From Candidatus Nomurabacteria bacterium (lineage in GTDB: Bacteria > Patescibacteriota > Minisyncoccia > Phycocordibacterales > UBA9973): a stretch of DNA of 64,000 nucleotides. The position numbers and the translations under genes were made by a program. Location of the stretch: contig JAPLXO010000006.1 in assembly GCA_026396065.1 (NCBI GenBank), positions 1,525 to 65,524 of the forward strand, in the 5' to 3' direction. Positions 10,506 to 20,385 of the stretch are shown here, piece by piece. Numbering within the stretch: position 1 is the stretch's first letter; each line of letters begins with the position of its first letter. The notes beneath the pieces are model-generated. The model did no database searches. It had not been told where the DNA came from and saw only the letters and a program-made list of their open reading frames with translations.

Positions 10506-11039
10506 CTACTGAACAACTGCTGGAATAATTGTATTGGTATCAGTATTTCCTGATCCCGATGTGGATGCAGTATCCACTGGAGAAAGTTCAACTACAGTAA
10601 AATCTTTATCCACTGTAAGTTTTGAAATTTTTTGTTCACCTAAAACACTTTTTACAACATATACTTCACCATCCTTAGGTTCAGAAATTACAGAAGCTAT
10701 TATTACTTTATCATTTCCTAAAAACAAACCTGTACCTAAAATTTTATCTTCTATTTTTTTATCTTTATCCCCCTTTAAAAACAAAGATACTGTAAGTGGC
10801 TGTATTGCTTTTAAATTTTCTAGAAGTTGTTGCTGATCTTGTGATAATGCTTCTTTATTGTCAGCTGGTACAATTTTTTCAATTGTTTGTTTTACAATAC
10901 GAGTAATAGGAGTGGTTACTGAAGATGGAGCTTGTTGCATTAATGTGACAGTCGAAATACCAGTAGCAATTGACGTCACAAAAGAAATCAGTAATGCAAG
11001 CAAAATAAGCTGTGATTTATTTAATTCTTTTATATCCAT
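10506..11039 (-). CDS. hypothetical membrane-anchored protein
   Basis: 177 aa, single N-terminal TM. Confidence 0.35.
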   Translation of the reverse strand: MDIKELNKSQLILLALLISFVTSIATGISTVTLMQQAPSSVTTPITRIVKQTIEKIVPADNKEALSQDQQQLLENLKAIQPLTVSLFLKGDKDKKIEDKILGTGLFLGNDKVIIASVISEPKDGEVYVVKSVLGEQKISKLTVDKDFTVVELSPVDTASTSGSGNTDTNTIIPAVVQ

Positions 11040-11042
11040 AAC

Positions 11043-12227
11043 TTAAGTATACCATTTTTTTAATTTAGACAAAATTTGAGCGAGAGATTTTAAAGTAAAG
11101 TCAATATCTTGTTTTGTAGTCTCACGTCCCATAGAAAAACGTATTGATCCATCCACTTCTTTATTTATTAATTTACCACCATATTCTGCTTCACGAATAG
11201 CCTGAATCACATGTGAAGCTTTTTCGTCGCCTGATTTGCAAGCACTTTTGGAAGAAACCATTATTCCCCTAGCTGAAAGCTCTATCACAAGTAAATCACT
11301 CGGTATTTTAGGAATAGTGACATTTATATTATTTGGTAGTCTTTCTTTTTCATCACCATTTAATAATGTCCCTACAAACTCCAGTTTGTTAGTATGTAAT
11401 AATTGTTGTATAAAATAATCACGGAGTTTTGTTAATCTTTTATTTTCTTTCTCTTTTATTTTTTCTGTAATTTTCAAAGCCTCAGCAAAAGCTAAAATAG
11501 CTGGTAGATTTTCAGTGCCGGCACGCATTCCATTTTCTTGATCTCCACCAAAAATTATTTTTTTAATTGGAGTTCGACGACGAATGTATAAAGCTCCTAT
11601 TCCCTTTGGTCCATATATTTTTCCAGCATTGAAAGACATTAAATCTATTCCTAGCTTTTCTACATTCATATCTAAATAATTCACAGCTTGTGTAGCATCA
11701 GTATGAAATAAAATTTTTGTATTATTTGTTTTATTAAAATGACGAATTTCTTTGGCTATTTCTTTTATTGGTTGTATTGTGCCAATTTCATTGTTTGCAT
11801 ACATCACAGAAACTAATTCTGTATCCAATGTAAGTGCCTTTTTTATTTTCTTCGGATCTATTATTCCATTTGCTTCAACTCCTACAAAAAAGATGCTTCT
11901 TAAACTACTAGGTTCTAGTATCGAAGCATGCTCTATATTTGTCGTAACTATATTTTTAAAATTTTGAATTACAAGATTATTACTTTCAGTAGAACCACTA
12001 GTAAAAACTATCTCATCACTATGCATATCGAAAAATCGTGCTATATCTTTTCGAGTATTATCCAAAAGTTTCTTATTTTCGACTGCATCATCATGAATTG
12101 CGCTACAATTAGCAAAATTCTGCTTCAATGCTTTATCCATTACTTTTAGAACGCTAGCGTCTATAGGCGTAGCTGAAGCATAATCTAGGTATATTTTATT
12201 TAGTTTTTTGGTTGATTTCGACATCAA
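11043..12227 (-). CDS. cysteine desulfurase (NifS/IscS family, class V aminotransferase)
   Basis: YLDYASATP start motif; PLP-fold layout; 394 aa. Confidence 0.8.
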   Translation of the reverse strand: MMSKSTKKLNKIYLDYASATPIDASVLKVMDKALKQNFANCSAIHDDAVENKKLLDNTRKDIARFFDMHSDEIVFTSGSTESNNLVIQNFKNIVTTNIEHASILEPSSLRSIFFVGVEANGIIDPKKIKKALTLDTELVSVMYANNEIGTIQPIKEIAKEIRHFNKTNNTKILFHTDATQAVNYLDMNVEKLGIDLMSFNAGKIYGPKGIGALYIRRRTPIKKIIFGGDQENGMRAGTENLPAILAFAEALKITEKIKEKENKRLTKLRDYFIQQLLHTNKLEFVGTLLNGDEKERLPNNINVTIPKIPSDLLVIELSARGIMVSSKSACKSGDEKASHVIQAIREAEYGGKLINKEVDGSIRFSMGRETTKQDIDFTLKSLAQILSKLKKWYT

Positions 12228-12247
12228 TATAGTATATATTAAATTAT

Positions 12248-12715
12248 ATGAATATAAAGCTCGACAATATTGTTTTCTTGGCTTTTTTTGTTTTAACCCT
12301 ACTTGGTCTATTTGCTATGCTATTTTGGATAGTGAAAACAGAAAAACGTTTATCTAAATTTTTCATGGGTAAAAAAGCTAAAGACCTAGAAGATACTATA
12401 GAATCTCTAACACAAGATATCAAGGAATTAAAAAAAGCCAAAGAATATGCTGAAAACGAAATTGTAGGAATAAACAAAAAGCTAAAGCAAAGTATCCGTG
12501 GAGTGGAAACAATAAGATACAACCCTTTCCCTGATCAAGGTAGCAATCAATCTTTTGCAATAGGAATGTTAAACGAGGAAGGAAATGGCGTCGTAATTTC
12601 AAGTTTGTATTCTCGTGAGAGAATGAGTGTATTTGCAAAGCCAGTAAAAAACGGAGTTTCAGAATTTGAACTCACAAATGAAGAGAAAGAAGTTTTGAAA
12701 AAAGCAAAGATCTAA
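12248..12715 (+). CDS. hypothetical protein (N-terminal TM plus coiled coil)
   Basis: 155 aa ORF. Confidence 0.35.
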   Translation: MNIKLDNIVFLAFFVLTLLGLFAMLFWIVKTEKRLSKFFMGKKAKDLEDTIESLTQDIKELKKAKEYAENEIVGINKKLKQSIRGVETIRYNPFPDQGSNQSFAIGMLNEEGNGVVISSLYSRERMSVFAKPVKNGVSEFELTNEEKEVLKKAKI

Positions 12716-12727
12716 TTAAAAAAAATA

Positions 12728-14230
12728 ATGGAAAATAAAAACGACAATCAAATAGAAAGACCGCCTATAGTAGCAGTGATGGGTCATATTGACCATGGTA
12801 AATCTACTATTCTTGATTATATAAGAAAGACAAATATTACAGAACGTGAAGCTGGTGGTATAACTCAACATATTTCTGCATACGAAGTAGTACACAAGGA
12901 TGAAAAAGGTAAAGACAAGAAAATTACTTTCCTAGATACTCCAGGACATGAAGCTTTTTCTAAAATGCGTGAGCGAGGTGCAAAAATTGCTGATATAGCA
13001 ATTCTAGTAGTTTCCGCTGAAGATGGAGTAAAGCCTCAGACTATTGAAGCATATAAAACAATTGTGGACAGTAAAACTCCTTGCATTGTAGCTATAAACA
13101 AAATAGATAAACCTGGAGCTGATATAGAAAAGACAAAAATGAGCTTGGCAGAAAATGAAATTTATTTGGAGGGCTACGGAGGAACTACTCCTTTTGCTCT
13201 AGTATCAGCAAAGACTGGAGCTGGTATAGATGAATTACTTACTTTGATCCTTGTTCTTGCAGAAATGGAAAGCTTCACTGGAAATGCAAATGCAGGTGCA
13301 GAAGGTTTTATTCTTGAATCAAATCTTGACTCAAAACGTGGTATACAAGCTACTTTGATAATAAAAAATGGAACTCTTAAAAAAGGAATGCTCGTAACCG
13401 TAGAAGATGCTATATGTGCTACTCGCATTATGGAAAACTTTTTAGGTAAAACAGTATCTGAAGCGACTTTCTCATCCCCTGTACGACTAGTAGGTTTCGA
13501 TAAGGTACCAAAAGTCGGTGGAGCATTTATTGGTTATCAAAATAAAAAAGAAGCAGAAGAAGCAGTAAAAAATTGGAAAAATAAAACTTCTGGAACATCT
13601 ACAGATAAAGCTGAAGATAGTGGAAAAAAGTTAATTCCGATTATTTTAAAAGCAGATGTTTCTGGCTCATTAGAAGCTATTGAAAAAGAAATTGGTAAAA
13701 TTAATACTGAAAATGCAGAGTTTAGAATCGTACAAAAAGGAGTAGGACCTATTTCAGAAAATGACTTAAAGGGTGCTGGTGGATTACAAAATATGATTAT
13801 AATTGGTTTCAACGTAAAGACTGATAAAAATGCTATCGAGTATGCAGATAGACTAGGTGTGACACTTTCAAGTTTTGATATTATTTACAAAATGACTGAT
13901 TGGCTAAAAGAAGAAATGGAAAAAAGACGACCAAAGATAGAAACAGTCCAAACTATTGGTAAAGCTAAAATATTAAAAGCTTTCAGCCAGACAAAAGAGC
14001 GCCAAATAGTAGGTGGAAAAGTTATCGAAGGAAATATTTTGATAGATCAAGTTGTAAAAATAATTCGTCGTGAAAATGAAATAGGACGTGCCCGAATCGT
14101 AAACTTAGAGAAAGGTAAAACAAAAACAAGCTCTGTAGAAGAAGGCACAGAATTCGGTATGATGATTGAATCAAAAATTGAAATCGTAGCTGGTGATGTA
14201 GTAGAGTGTTTTGCTCTTGTGCAAAAATAA
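12728..14230 (+). CDS. infB: translation initiation factor IF-2 (short form)
   Basis: G-domain [24 protein letters not shown] and NKID motifs; 500 aa (N-terminal extension absent). Confidence 0.9.
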   Translation: MENKNDNQIERPPIVAVMGHIDHGKSTILDYIRKTNITEREAGGITQHISAYEVVHKDEKGKDKKITFLDTPGHEAFSKMRERGAKIADIAILVVSAEDGVKPQTIEAYKTIVDSKTPCIVAINKIDKPGADIEKTKMSLAENEIYLEGYGGTTPFALVSAKTGAGIDELLTLILVLAEMESFTGNANAGAEGFILESNLDSKRGIQATLIIKNGTLKKGMLVTVEDAICATRIMENFLGKTVSEATFSSPVRLVGFDKVPKVGGAFIGYQNKKEAEEAVKNWKNKTSGTSTDKAEDSGKKLIPIILKADVSGSLEAIEKEIGKINTENAEFRIVQKGVGPISENDLKGAGGLQNMIIIGFNVKTDKNAIEYADRLGVTLSSFDIIYKMTDWLKEEMEKRRPKIETVQTIGKAKILKAFSQTKERQIVGGKVIEGNILIDQVVKIIRRENEIGRARIVNLEKGKTKTSSVEEGTEFGMMIESKIEIVAGDVVECFALVQK

Positions 14231-14233
14231 AAA

Positions 14234-14557
14234 ATGACTGAACGAATAGAAAAAGTAAATAAATTAGTAAAAGGACTCACTGCGAATTTTTTAAATCGTG
14301 AGAGTACTTCGGCATCTCTAATATCTGTAACAGATGTATCAGTGTCGCCTGATTTAAAAAAGGCTAAAATACTTCTTTCTGTATTACCAGAATCACAAGA
14401 AAAAACTGCTTTACTTTTTGCCAAAAGAAAACTCGGTGAGATGAGAGATTATTTAAAACAAAATATGGAAACAAAGCACGTACCTTTTTTGGAAGTAGAG
14501 ATAGATAAAGGAGAAAAGAATCGTCAAAAGATTGACGAGTTGCTGAGGGAAAAGTAA
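14234..14557 (+). CDS. rbfA: ribosome-binding factor A
   Basis: LISVTDVSVSPDLKKAKI motif; lies immediately after infB. Confidence 0.8.
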   Translation: MTERIEKVNKLVKGLTANFLNRESTSASLISVTDVSVSPDLKKAKILLSVLPESQEKTALLFAKRKLGEMRDYLKQNMETKHVPFLEVEIDKGEKNRQKIDELLREK

Positions 14558-14592
14558 GATGGTTAGACACCTCACCCGCCTCAGTAGAGGCA

Positions 14593-14615
14593 CCCTCTCC
14601 TTATAAAGGAGAGGG
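14593..14615 (+). repeat. hairpin CCCTCTCC-ttataaa-GGAGAGGG (copy 1 of a repeated hairpin module)
   Basis: Near-identical to the terminator hairpin at 17269-17295; both are preceded by a CCTCACC motif. Confidence 0.5.
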
Positions 14616-14645
14616 TTAGGTGGAAAGCTAAAGCTTTCGATATTG

Positions 14646-14717
14646 GGCCTGGTAGCCAAGTGGTAAGGCATTCCTCTGCAAAAGGAATATACGGCGGTTC
14701 GATTCCGCCCCAGGCCT
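14646..14717 (+). tRNA. tRNA-Cys (anticodon GCA)
   Basis: Acceptor GGCCTGG/CCAGGCC, anticodon loop CTGCAAA, T-loop GTTCGATTC. Confidence 0.85.
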
Positions 14718-14764
14718 CAATTGTTAATTAAAAATATATAATTTATAATTAACAATACAAAGTT

Positions 14765-14835
14765 TGCCCGGATGGATGAAAAATAAACTGCTTTATTTTT
14801 CATCCGAGTGAAATGAGGAGGCCGCCATCCGGGCA
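14765..14835 (+). other. nested inverted-repeat element upstream of tRNA-Leu(TAA); its right arm is the reverse complement of the tRNA 5' end
   Basis: Outer arms TGCCCGGATGG / CCATCCGGGCA; inner perfect 14-bp hairpin GGATGAAAAATAAA-ctgc-TTTATTTTTCATCC; GGCCGCCATCCGGGCA complements the first 13-16 nt of the tRNA gene at 14884. Confidence 0.5.
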
Positions 14836-14883
14836 ATGATTTTGTTTACAAAATAGAAAATATGAAATATATTTTCTAAATAT

Positions 14884-14965
14884 GCCCGGATGGCGGAATT
14901 GGTATACGCGCACGACTTAAAATCGTGTCTCGTAAGGGATGTGGGTTCGACTCCCACTCCGGGCA
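14884..14965 (+). tRNA. tRNA-Leu (anticodon TAA)
   Basis: Anticodon loop CTTAAAA, long variable arm; paralog of the tRNA at 1237. Confidence 0.85.
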
Positions 14966-14993
14966 CAGTGCATTTATGCACCAATCTGATTAT

Positions 14994-15066
14994 GCGCCCA
15001 TAACTCAGCTGGTAGAGTAGCTCCCTCTTAAGGAGAATGTCGTAGGTTCGATCCCTACTGGGCGCA
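14994..15066 (+). tRNA. tRNA-Lys (anticodon CTT)
   Basis: Acceptor GCGCCCA/TGGGCGC, anticodon loop CTCTTAA. Confidence 0.85.
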
Positions 15067-15070
15067 CAAG

Positions 15071-15163
15071 ATTAAAAAGTTTACGGGGTAAAGTTTTTAA
15101 TTTGTGCGAGGCGGAGGCACGGAGGTGCCGAGCCAGGGTCGTACAAAAATTCACCAGAATTTT
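15071..15163 (+). repeat. tRNA-spacer structured element (weak third copy of the GC-core + AT-hairpin module)
   Basis: Hairpin ATTAAAAAGTTTA-cgggg-TAAAGTTTTTAAT; GC-rich GCGAGGCGGAGGCACGGAGGTGCC; AT hairpin AAAATTC-acca-GAATTTT mirrors the hairpin in copies A and B. Confidence 0.35.
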
Positions 15164-15178
15164 ATGTATGACCAGATT

Positions 15179-15260
15179 GCTGGAGTGGCGGAATTGGTAT
15201 ACGCGCTAGTCTTAGGAACTAGTCCCGCAAGGGTTGAGGGTTCGAGTCCCTCCTCCAGCA
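15179..15260 (+). tRNA. tRNA-Leu (anticodon TAG)
   Basis: Anticodon loop CTTAGGA, long variable arm. Confidence 0.85.
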
Positions 15261-15282
15261 CAAAATTTGTTATAATGGTGGA

Positions 15283-16422
15283 ATGAAAAAATTCCTTCGT
15301 TTATTTCCTGTTGAAGTATATGTCATCGTTATACCAACTATTTTATTTTTTCTTACCTTGGGCTTAAAACACCTTGACTGTTACATACAATCTGTAAATT
15401 TTTGCAATACGTTTCCACCAAAAGGTGATTACTTATCATCTCTTTTAGAAAATACGACTATTCCAGTAATAATGTCCTTCCTTTGTATATACCTAATATT
15501 CCACTTCGTTCTTTTAGTTTCAAAAAGAAGCCCGGACACCAAAGAAAAATCATTATTTAATATAAGAAGTTTTATATTTATTTTTGGATTACTTTACATT
15601 AGTGCCTTGGTAATAGCATTTGAGACAAAAACAATCTTTTTCACAGCAGATCCAATTCGCACAGCACAAGTCTCTGAACTTTTAATGCATACAGACAAAT
15701 TCTTATTTGGTTCATACGTACCATTTTCTCTCCATCATTTGATAAGCTCAAACATAGTGAGCCAAATATTTTATAATTCTTATATATATTTATTCCCTAC
15801 TATTTTTGTTATTATAATAATCTCTCTATTCTCTAATAAAAAAATATTTAGAAAATTCATGATTGCGTATTTTTTAGCTTTCTTAATTGCTTTGCCAATT
15901 TGGATACATTTTCCAGCGATTTCTCCAGATTCAATGTATCGTGCAAATATTTTGAATGCAAATATTCCTACAGAAATAAAAAAGGTAGTCGAAAATACAC
16001 CGATCTTACCAAGTATGCAAAAAAATATTTCTTAAATTGGAAAATTTTGGGTAGATCCAAAGGGTAACTCACTTGCTATAAGCACTTTCCCTAGTATGCA
16101 CGCAGCATGGGGAATAATTGCTTGTGTGGCTTTAATAGAAATTTGGGGACCGTTAGCGATCATTGCCATACCTTGGATAATTGCAGAGTTAATAGGAACA
16201 ATGTACACATTGGAACATTACGCAGTAGATGTAATATTAGGGATTATTATTGGATTTTTTGCTCTATGGATAACAAAAAGACTTTTAAAATTTGAAAAAC
16301 AATACTTTGTTGACCATTACAACCTTTTTTCTATTTTTGAACACTTAGAAAAACACTACAGAAATACAAATCAAAAAGTTAAGGAAAAAATAGATAAAAT
16401 ATCCAAAATAAGCTATAAATAA
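15283..16422 (+). pseudogene. polytopic membrane protein with a PAP2-like C-terminus, interrupted by an in-frame TAA at 16033-16035
   Basis: ORFs 15283-16035 and 16096-16422 share a reading frame. Read-through gives ...VDPKGNSLAISTFPSMHAAWG (PSGH-like) and EHYAVDVILG (HxxxD), the PAP2 motifs 2 and 3. Confidence 0.45.
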
Positions 16423-16472
16423 AGGGTTGATTCTGAGAATATGCTTCAAGGCTTAACGTACCTATTTAGGGC

Positions 16473-16501
16473 TTGACTTTTAAATTCATATATGCTATAC
16501 T
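16473..16501 (+). promoter_or_regulatory. sigma70-like promoter TTGACT-17-TATACT
   Basis: Consensus-like -35/-10 with 17-nt spacer, 7 nt upstream of the ATG at 16508 (possible leaderless mRNA). Confidence 0.5.
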
Positions 16502-16507
16502 TAAGGT

Positions 16508-17254
16508 ATGATGAATAAAATAATAAACAAAAATTCAATAATTTTAACTTTAGCAGTAATCTTGGCTTTCAGCACAATTGTGTTAATGCCAATGAAAGCA
16601 AGTGCTAATGGTAACTATGGTACATGGACATCTACTGGTGTATCTTATGGTGGTACTAATTCTGGTTCCCCTGATGGTGGTACTAACTATAATAATAATT
16701 ATAACAACAATAATTATTACACAAATCCTGTTCCAATAATTTATTCTATTACACCAAATTCTATGAAGACAGGAGATGGAATTGTACCAGTAGTTATCAC
16801 AGGAACAAACTTTGTTTCAGGATCATTGGTTCAAGTAAATGGTTCATACAAATCAACTAGTTACAATAGTTCAAATCAACTTACAGTAATGCTAAACAGT
16901 TCTGAATTACCAGCAGGAACTTATATCTTAGGTGTATTCAACCCTACACCAGGTGGAGGAAATTCAAACGGAGCATATTTAACTGTCACAAGTTCAGTAG
17001 CACCTTCAACAATTTCTACAGGAGCTACAACTACTGCTACAGCAGCAACTACAAGTGGTACAAAAGCAAAAGTTGCAAAGAAAGCTACATCAACTACAAA
17101 TAAAGACTTGACTGCAGGTGCAGGAAATGGATTCTTGCCTACAAACTTTATACAATGGTTGTTTGCAGCAATATTGATACTCTTGCTTGTAATACTATTT
17201 AGAAAACTTTATGTCACTGAAAAAGATAAACAAGCACCATTAAAACACGCTTAA
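16508..17254 (+). CDS. surface protein with IPT/TIG-like domain, N-terminal signal peptide and C-terminal TM anchor
   Basis: PIIYSITPNS...VVITGTNF...LVQVNG pattern of IPT/TIG; Asn/Tyr low-complexity linker; hydrophobic C-terminus. Confidence 0.5.
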   Translation: MMNKIINKNSIILTLAVILAFSTIVLMPMKASANGNYGTWTSTGVSYGGTNSGSPDGGTNYNNNYNNNNYYTNPVPIIYSITPNSMKTGDGIVPVVITGTNFVSGSLVQVNGSYKSTSYNSSNQLTVMLNSSELPAGTYILGVFNPTPGGGNSNGAYLTVTSSVAPSTISTGATTTATAATTSGTKAKVAKKATSTTNKDLTAGAGNGFLPTNFIQWLFAAILILLLVILFRKLYVTEKDKQAPLKHA

Positions 17255-17268
17255 GACCTCACCACCTA

Positions 17269-17299
17269 CCCCCTCTCCTTGTAAAGGAGAGGGGGTTTT
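17269..17299 (+). terminator. rho-independent terminator
   Basis: CCCCCTCTCC-ttgtaaa-GGAGAGGGGG followed by TTTT. Confidence 0.7.
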
Positions 17300-17315
17300 G
17301 GTTTCCAAATTTAGC

Positions 17316-17344
17316 TTGACTTTTTGTATTGTATATGATATACT
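17316..17344 (+). promoter_or_regulatory. sigma70-like promoter TTGACT-17-TATACT (paralog of the 16473 promoter)
   Basis: ~80% identical over 38 nt to the promoter module at 16465-16501. Confidence 0.5.
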
Positions 17345-17378
17345 TTGTGAGTAAAATGTTTTTTGAAAAAAGGTTAGG

Positions 17379-17450
17379 TTAGTTATGTTTAGCCGAGTCG
17401 CTCATCCCCTATTTTTTCTGGGAGATGAACTTTGGGCTAAACATAACTAA
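17379..17450 (+). promoter_or_regulatory. 5' leader stem-loop (perfect 16-bp inverted repeat) upstream of ORF 17490
   Basis: TTAGTTATGTTTAGCC ... GGCTAAACATAACTAA with a 40-nt internal loop containing a nested CATCCCC/GGGAGATG stem. Confidence 0.45.
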
Positions 17451-17489
17451 TAAATTAATAATTAAACTAATCAATAAAAAATAGAAATC

Positions 17490-18641
17490 ATGAACGTAAT
17501 AATAGTAAAAATCATTTGCCTCTTAGTGAGTGCATTAGCAACATTTTGTTTGTTTATTTCAATTAGAAGACCGCCACGTGGTTCAATGCAAGTAATTAGC
17601 TTAAGGGGAACATTCTACATGGTTATTTCAAACATACCCGGATATAGAATAAACAATCCTCGAACAGTAAGTTACGACCCGACTATTCCAGCTTGGGATA
17701 AAGTTCCATTAAAAAAAGGTGAAACAGGAAGATGGATTAATCTTTTCTTTTTACCAATATGGTTCTTCCAAATTGAAACGTATGAGTTCACTTATACGAA
17801 AGTAAAAAACGTAAGTAATTTAAAAGAAGATGACAAAAAAATATGGGATATCGATACAACAGAATGTATCATTGAACGTACAAATATGTCAGACCATTTC
17901 ATGCACCGCGAAGAATACGCCACTGTTACAAAAAATTTAGACCTAAGAGACCTAAAAGGTAAACTACACATGTATACCAATGTAGCAATGGAAATTTTCA
18001 ACGCAAAAGACGCATTGTATGAAACAAAAAGTTACATGCGTACTACTCGTTCCAGTTTTGATGGACAAATGGGAACTTTGGTAAGGTCAAAAAGCCTAAC
18101 ACAAGTGAACAAAATTAAATCTGAAGGAGTAGACAGTGCCTTCGAATCTTACATGGAATTAATTAACAAAAGTATTCCAGCTGTTCCAGCAGGAACAGGA
18201 ACACCTCCAACACCAGCAATAGCTGAACACATCGGCCTTGATAAATTTGGAACGAAAATTTCCAAGATAACTTTCATCGACTGGAAACCAGCAGATGAGG
18301 CTACCGAACTTTTGGCTGCAACTTATTTAAAAGTTGATAAAGCTAAACAGGACAAAAAAATCAAGATTACCGAAGCAGAAGCTACTGCAGCTGAAACAAA
18401 TTTAACAGGAGACGCAACCAATAGAATTGAGATGGAAAAATTGATCAGAACAGGTAAACTGAAGGTTGAGTTCAATGCTGATGGAAGTATTAAAAATACA
18501 ACATTAATTCCTGATGCAAACACAAAAATAACTGCTGAAAATCAAAAAGCAATAGCTGAGCAGTTAGCTAAGTTAGCAAAAGTAAAAGGTACACTTGTAC
18601 TGGGTGATGGAGTATTGAACACATTAAATTTAAAAAAGTAA
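17490..18641 (+). CDS. hypothetical membrane-anchored protein
   Basis: 383 aa, N-terminal TM helix, no recognisable motif. Confidence 0.35.
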   Translation: MNVIIVKIICLLVSALATFCLFISIRRPPRGSMQVISLRGTFYMVISNIPGYRINNPRTVSYDPTIPAWDKVPLKKGETGRWINLFFLPIWFFQIETYEFTYTKVKNVSNLKEDDKKIWDIDTTECIIERTNMSDHFMHREEYATVTKNLDLRDLKGKLHMYTNVAMEIFNAKDALYETKSYMRTTRSSFDGQMGTLVRSKSLTQVNKIKSEGVDSAFESYMELINKSIPAVPAGTGTPPTPAIAEHIGLDKFGTKISKITFIDWKPADEATELLAATYLKVDKAKQDKKIKITEAEATAAETNLTGDATNRIEMEKLIRTGKLKVEFNADGSIKNTTLIPDANTKITAENQKAIAEQLAKLAKVKGTLVLGDGVLNTLNLKK

Positions 18642-18642
18642 G

Positions 18643-19377
18643 ATGATGAAAGCAACAAGAAAAAACATCATTTTACTAAGTTCTTTAATCTTAGTACTTA
18701 TTGCGATCATTATAGTAATGTATTTTGCAGTAAGATACCATTCATGGAGTATCCCAACAATAATTTTTGTATATGGACCAATAGTAGGACTAATTATCCT
18801 ACTTATTGTTCTAGCAAAATCCAATTCGAGTTCCGGAAGGTCTAAACCGTCTTCTGGAACCACTGGAAAAAATTATTTTGCTTGGATAAAGAAAATAAAC
18901 TTTTGGATAGTTGGAATTGCACTTGGAGTATTAGCCCTTATTATTATTTTGATAATAGTATTTTCTAATAAAAGAAGTGCTGTAAATCAAAAAAGGGATA
19001 TTAATGCAACCTATGTTGCTCTAAAAATTACTACAATTTCAAAAGCACCTGTTGTAAAAACTACCCCAATCGTTATCGACTCTTTGAAAGAAGGTGACGA
19101 CACTTTGGTACTTGGTAACAAAATTATTATCTATATCGATCCTTTAAAAGGTTGGTCTAGAGCGTATATCTTACCACTAGGCGGACCTAGAAAGTTTGCT
19201 ACTGTTACATTCACTTCGGTGAGTAATCCATCACAATCATTTGATGATGATGGACATGGTACAAACATTCAAAAATGGTGGGCAATGCAAAAAGGTTACT
19301 ACATTGTAACGTTGCTTGAACCATCTAATCTAAAAATATGGTTCCGTTGGGCTGATTACAAAAAGTTCAACGACTAA
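18643..19377 (+). CDS. hypothetical membrane protein
   Basis: 244 aa, two TM segments. Confidence 0.35.
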   Translation: MMKATRKNIILLSSLILVLIAIIIVMYFAVRYHSWSIPTIIFVYGPIVGLIILLIVLAKSNSSSGRSKPSSGTTGKNYFAWIKKINFWIVGIALGVLALIIILIIVFSNKRSAVNQKRDINATYVALKITTISKAPVVKTTPIVIDSLKEGDDTLVLGNKIIIYIDPLKGWSRAYILPLGGPRKFATVTFTSVSNPSQSFDDDGHGTNIQKWWAMQKGYYIVTLLEPSNLKIWFRWADYKKFND

Positions 19378-19491
19378 CACACAAAATTTGAAGATCTATA
19401 TAATGCGGATACTTCAAAGGAACACAAAGCATTGTAAAACAAAAGCCTCTCGATTTTCATCGAGAGGCTTTTATCATTTTCAGAGTATCTT

Positions 19492-19857
19492 TTATTGTAG
19501 CAAACCTGCTGGTGGAGTAGGAGTATAAGTATTTAGGATTACTGTCCCATTTTCAGGATCTATATTAGTACCGCTAGTATTTATACCTAGTGTGTCTATA
19601 ATGACACCCATAAGCATAAACACAGCCATCATAATAACAAGACCTAAAATACCATACATCATATGCTTCTTACCTTCTGTCCTCTTTTCTTCATTTGTAG
19701 AATTTGTCAAAAATTGAAAAATTCCCCAAAGAAAATAAGCGAGAGCTAAAGCAAAAAGAAGTAAGATGAGTGGATTAATAATAAGATTATTTACCTTAAG
19801 AATAAATACATCCAAACTCTCACCTGCGTATGCTACATTTGTAAAGAATAAACTCAT
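19492..19857 (-). CDS. TrbC/VirB2-like pilin family protein
   Basis: Signal peptide, then two hydrophobic helices separated by the charged loop NEEKRTEGKKHM; typical of VirB2-like pilins abundant in CPR. Confidence 0.55.
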   Translation of the reverse strand: MSLFFTNVAYAGESLDVFILKVNNLIINPLILLLFALALAYFLWGIFQFLTNSTNEEKRTEGKKHMMYGILGLVIMMAVFMLMGVIIDTLGINTSGTNIDPENGTVILNTYTPTPPAGLLQ

Positions 19858-19870
19858 AAAAACTTTTTAA

Positions 19871-20260
19871 CTAACAAGTAACTCCAGGACTAGTGAAACA
19901 TGGAGTGTAGATATTTCCTGTACTTTGGCCAATACCAAGAGTAGTCTTCAAAATACTTACCAATCCCCAGATAGATACAATTATAACTAAAGCGATAAGA
20001 CCGTAGATAACCATGTTACGTCCTCTTTTCTTAGCTTCTTCGTCGTTTGCAATCATGTAAGTGATAACACCCCAAACGAAGTAAACGACTCCCAATGCCA
20101 CCAAAATAGGCATTATAGTAGCCAATAATACACTGATTCTACATAGAACATCTCCTAAACCAGCACTATTTCCTGTATTACAAGCACCTTGAGCTAAAGC
20201 TAAAAATGGAGTCAACGCTGCCAAACTAACTAATGGGATTAACTTTTTTACAATTTTCAT
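19871..20260 (-). CDS. TrbC/VirB2-like pilin family protein
   Basis: Same architecture: signal peptide, Cys pair, helix-charged loop (NDEEAKKRGRNM)-helix. Confidence 0.55.
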   Translation of the reverse strand: MKIVKKLIPLVSLAALTPFLALAQGACNTGNSAGLGDVLCRISVLLATIMPILVALGVVYFVWGVITYMIANDEEAKKRGRNMVIYGLIALVIIVSIWGLVSILKTTLGIGQSTGNIYTPCFTSPGVTC

Positions 20261-20385
20261 AAATAATTTTTTTAATTAATAATTAATAATAATAAATTTT
20301 TTAACGACCTTTTTTATAATTTTCCTAAATAATTAGGCAATTTAACACAGGTATATTGTATCATAAAAAACCATTGATTTGTCAA

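Noticed and set aside
14793-15286. ORFs 14793-14984 (-) and 15104-15286 (+)
   Set aside because: They overlap tRNA-Leu(TAA), tRNA-Lys and tRNA-Leu(TAG); no coding signal
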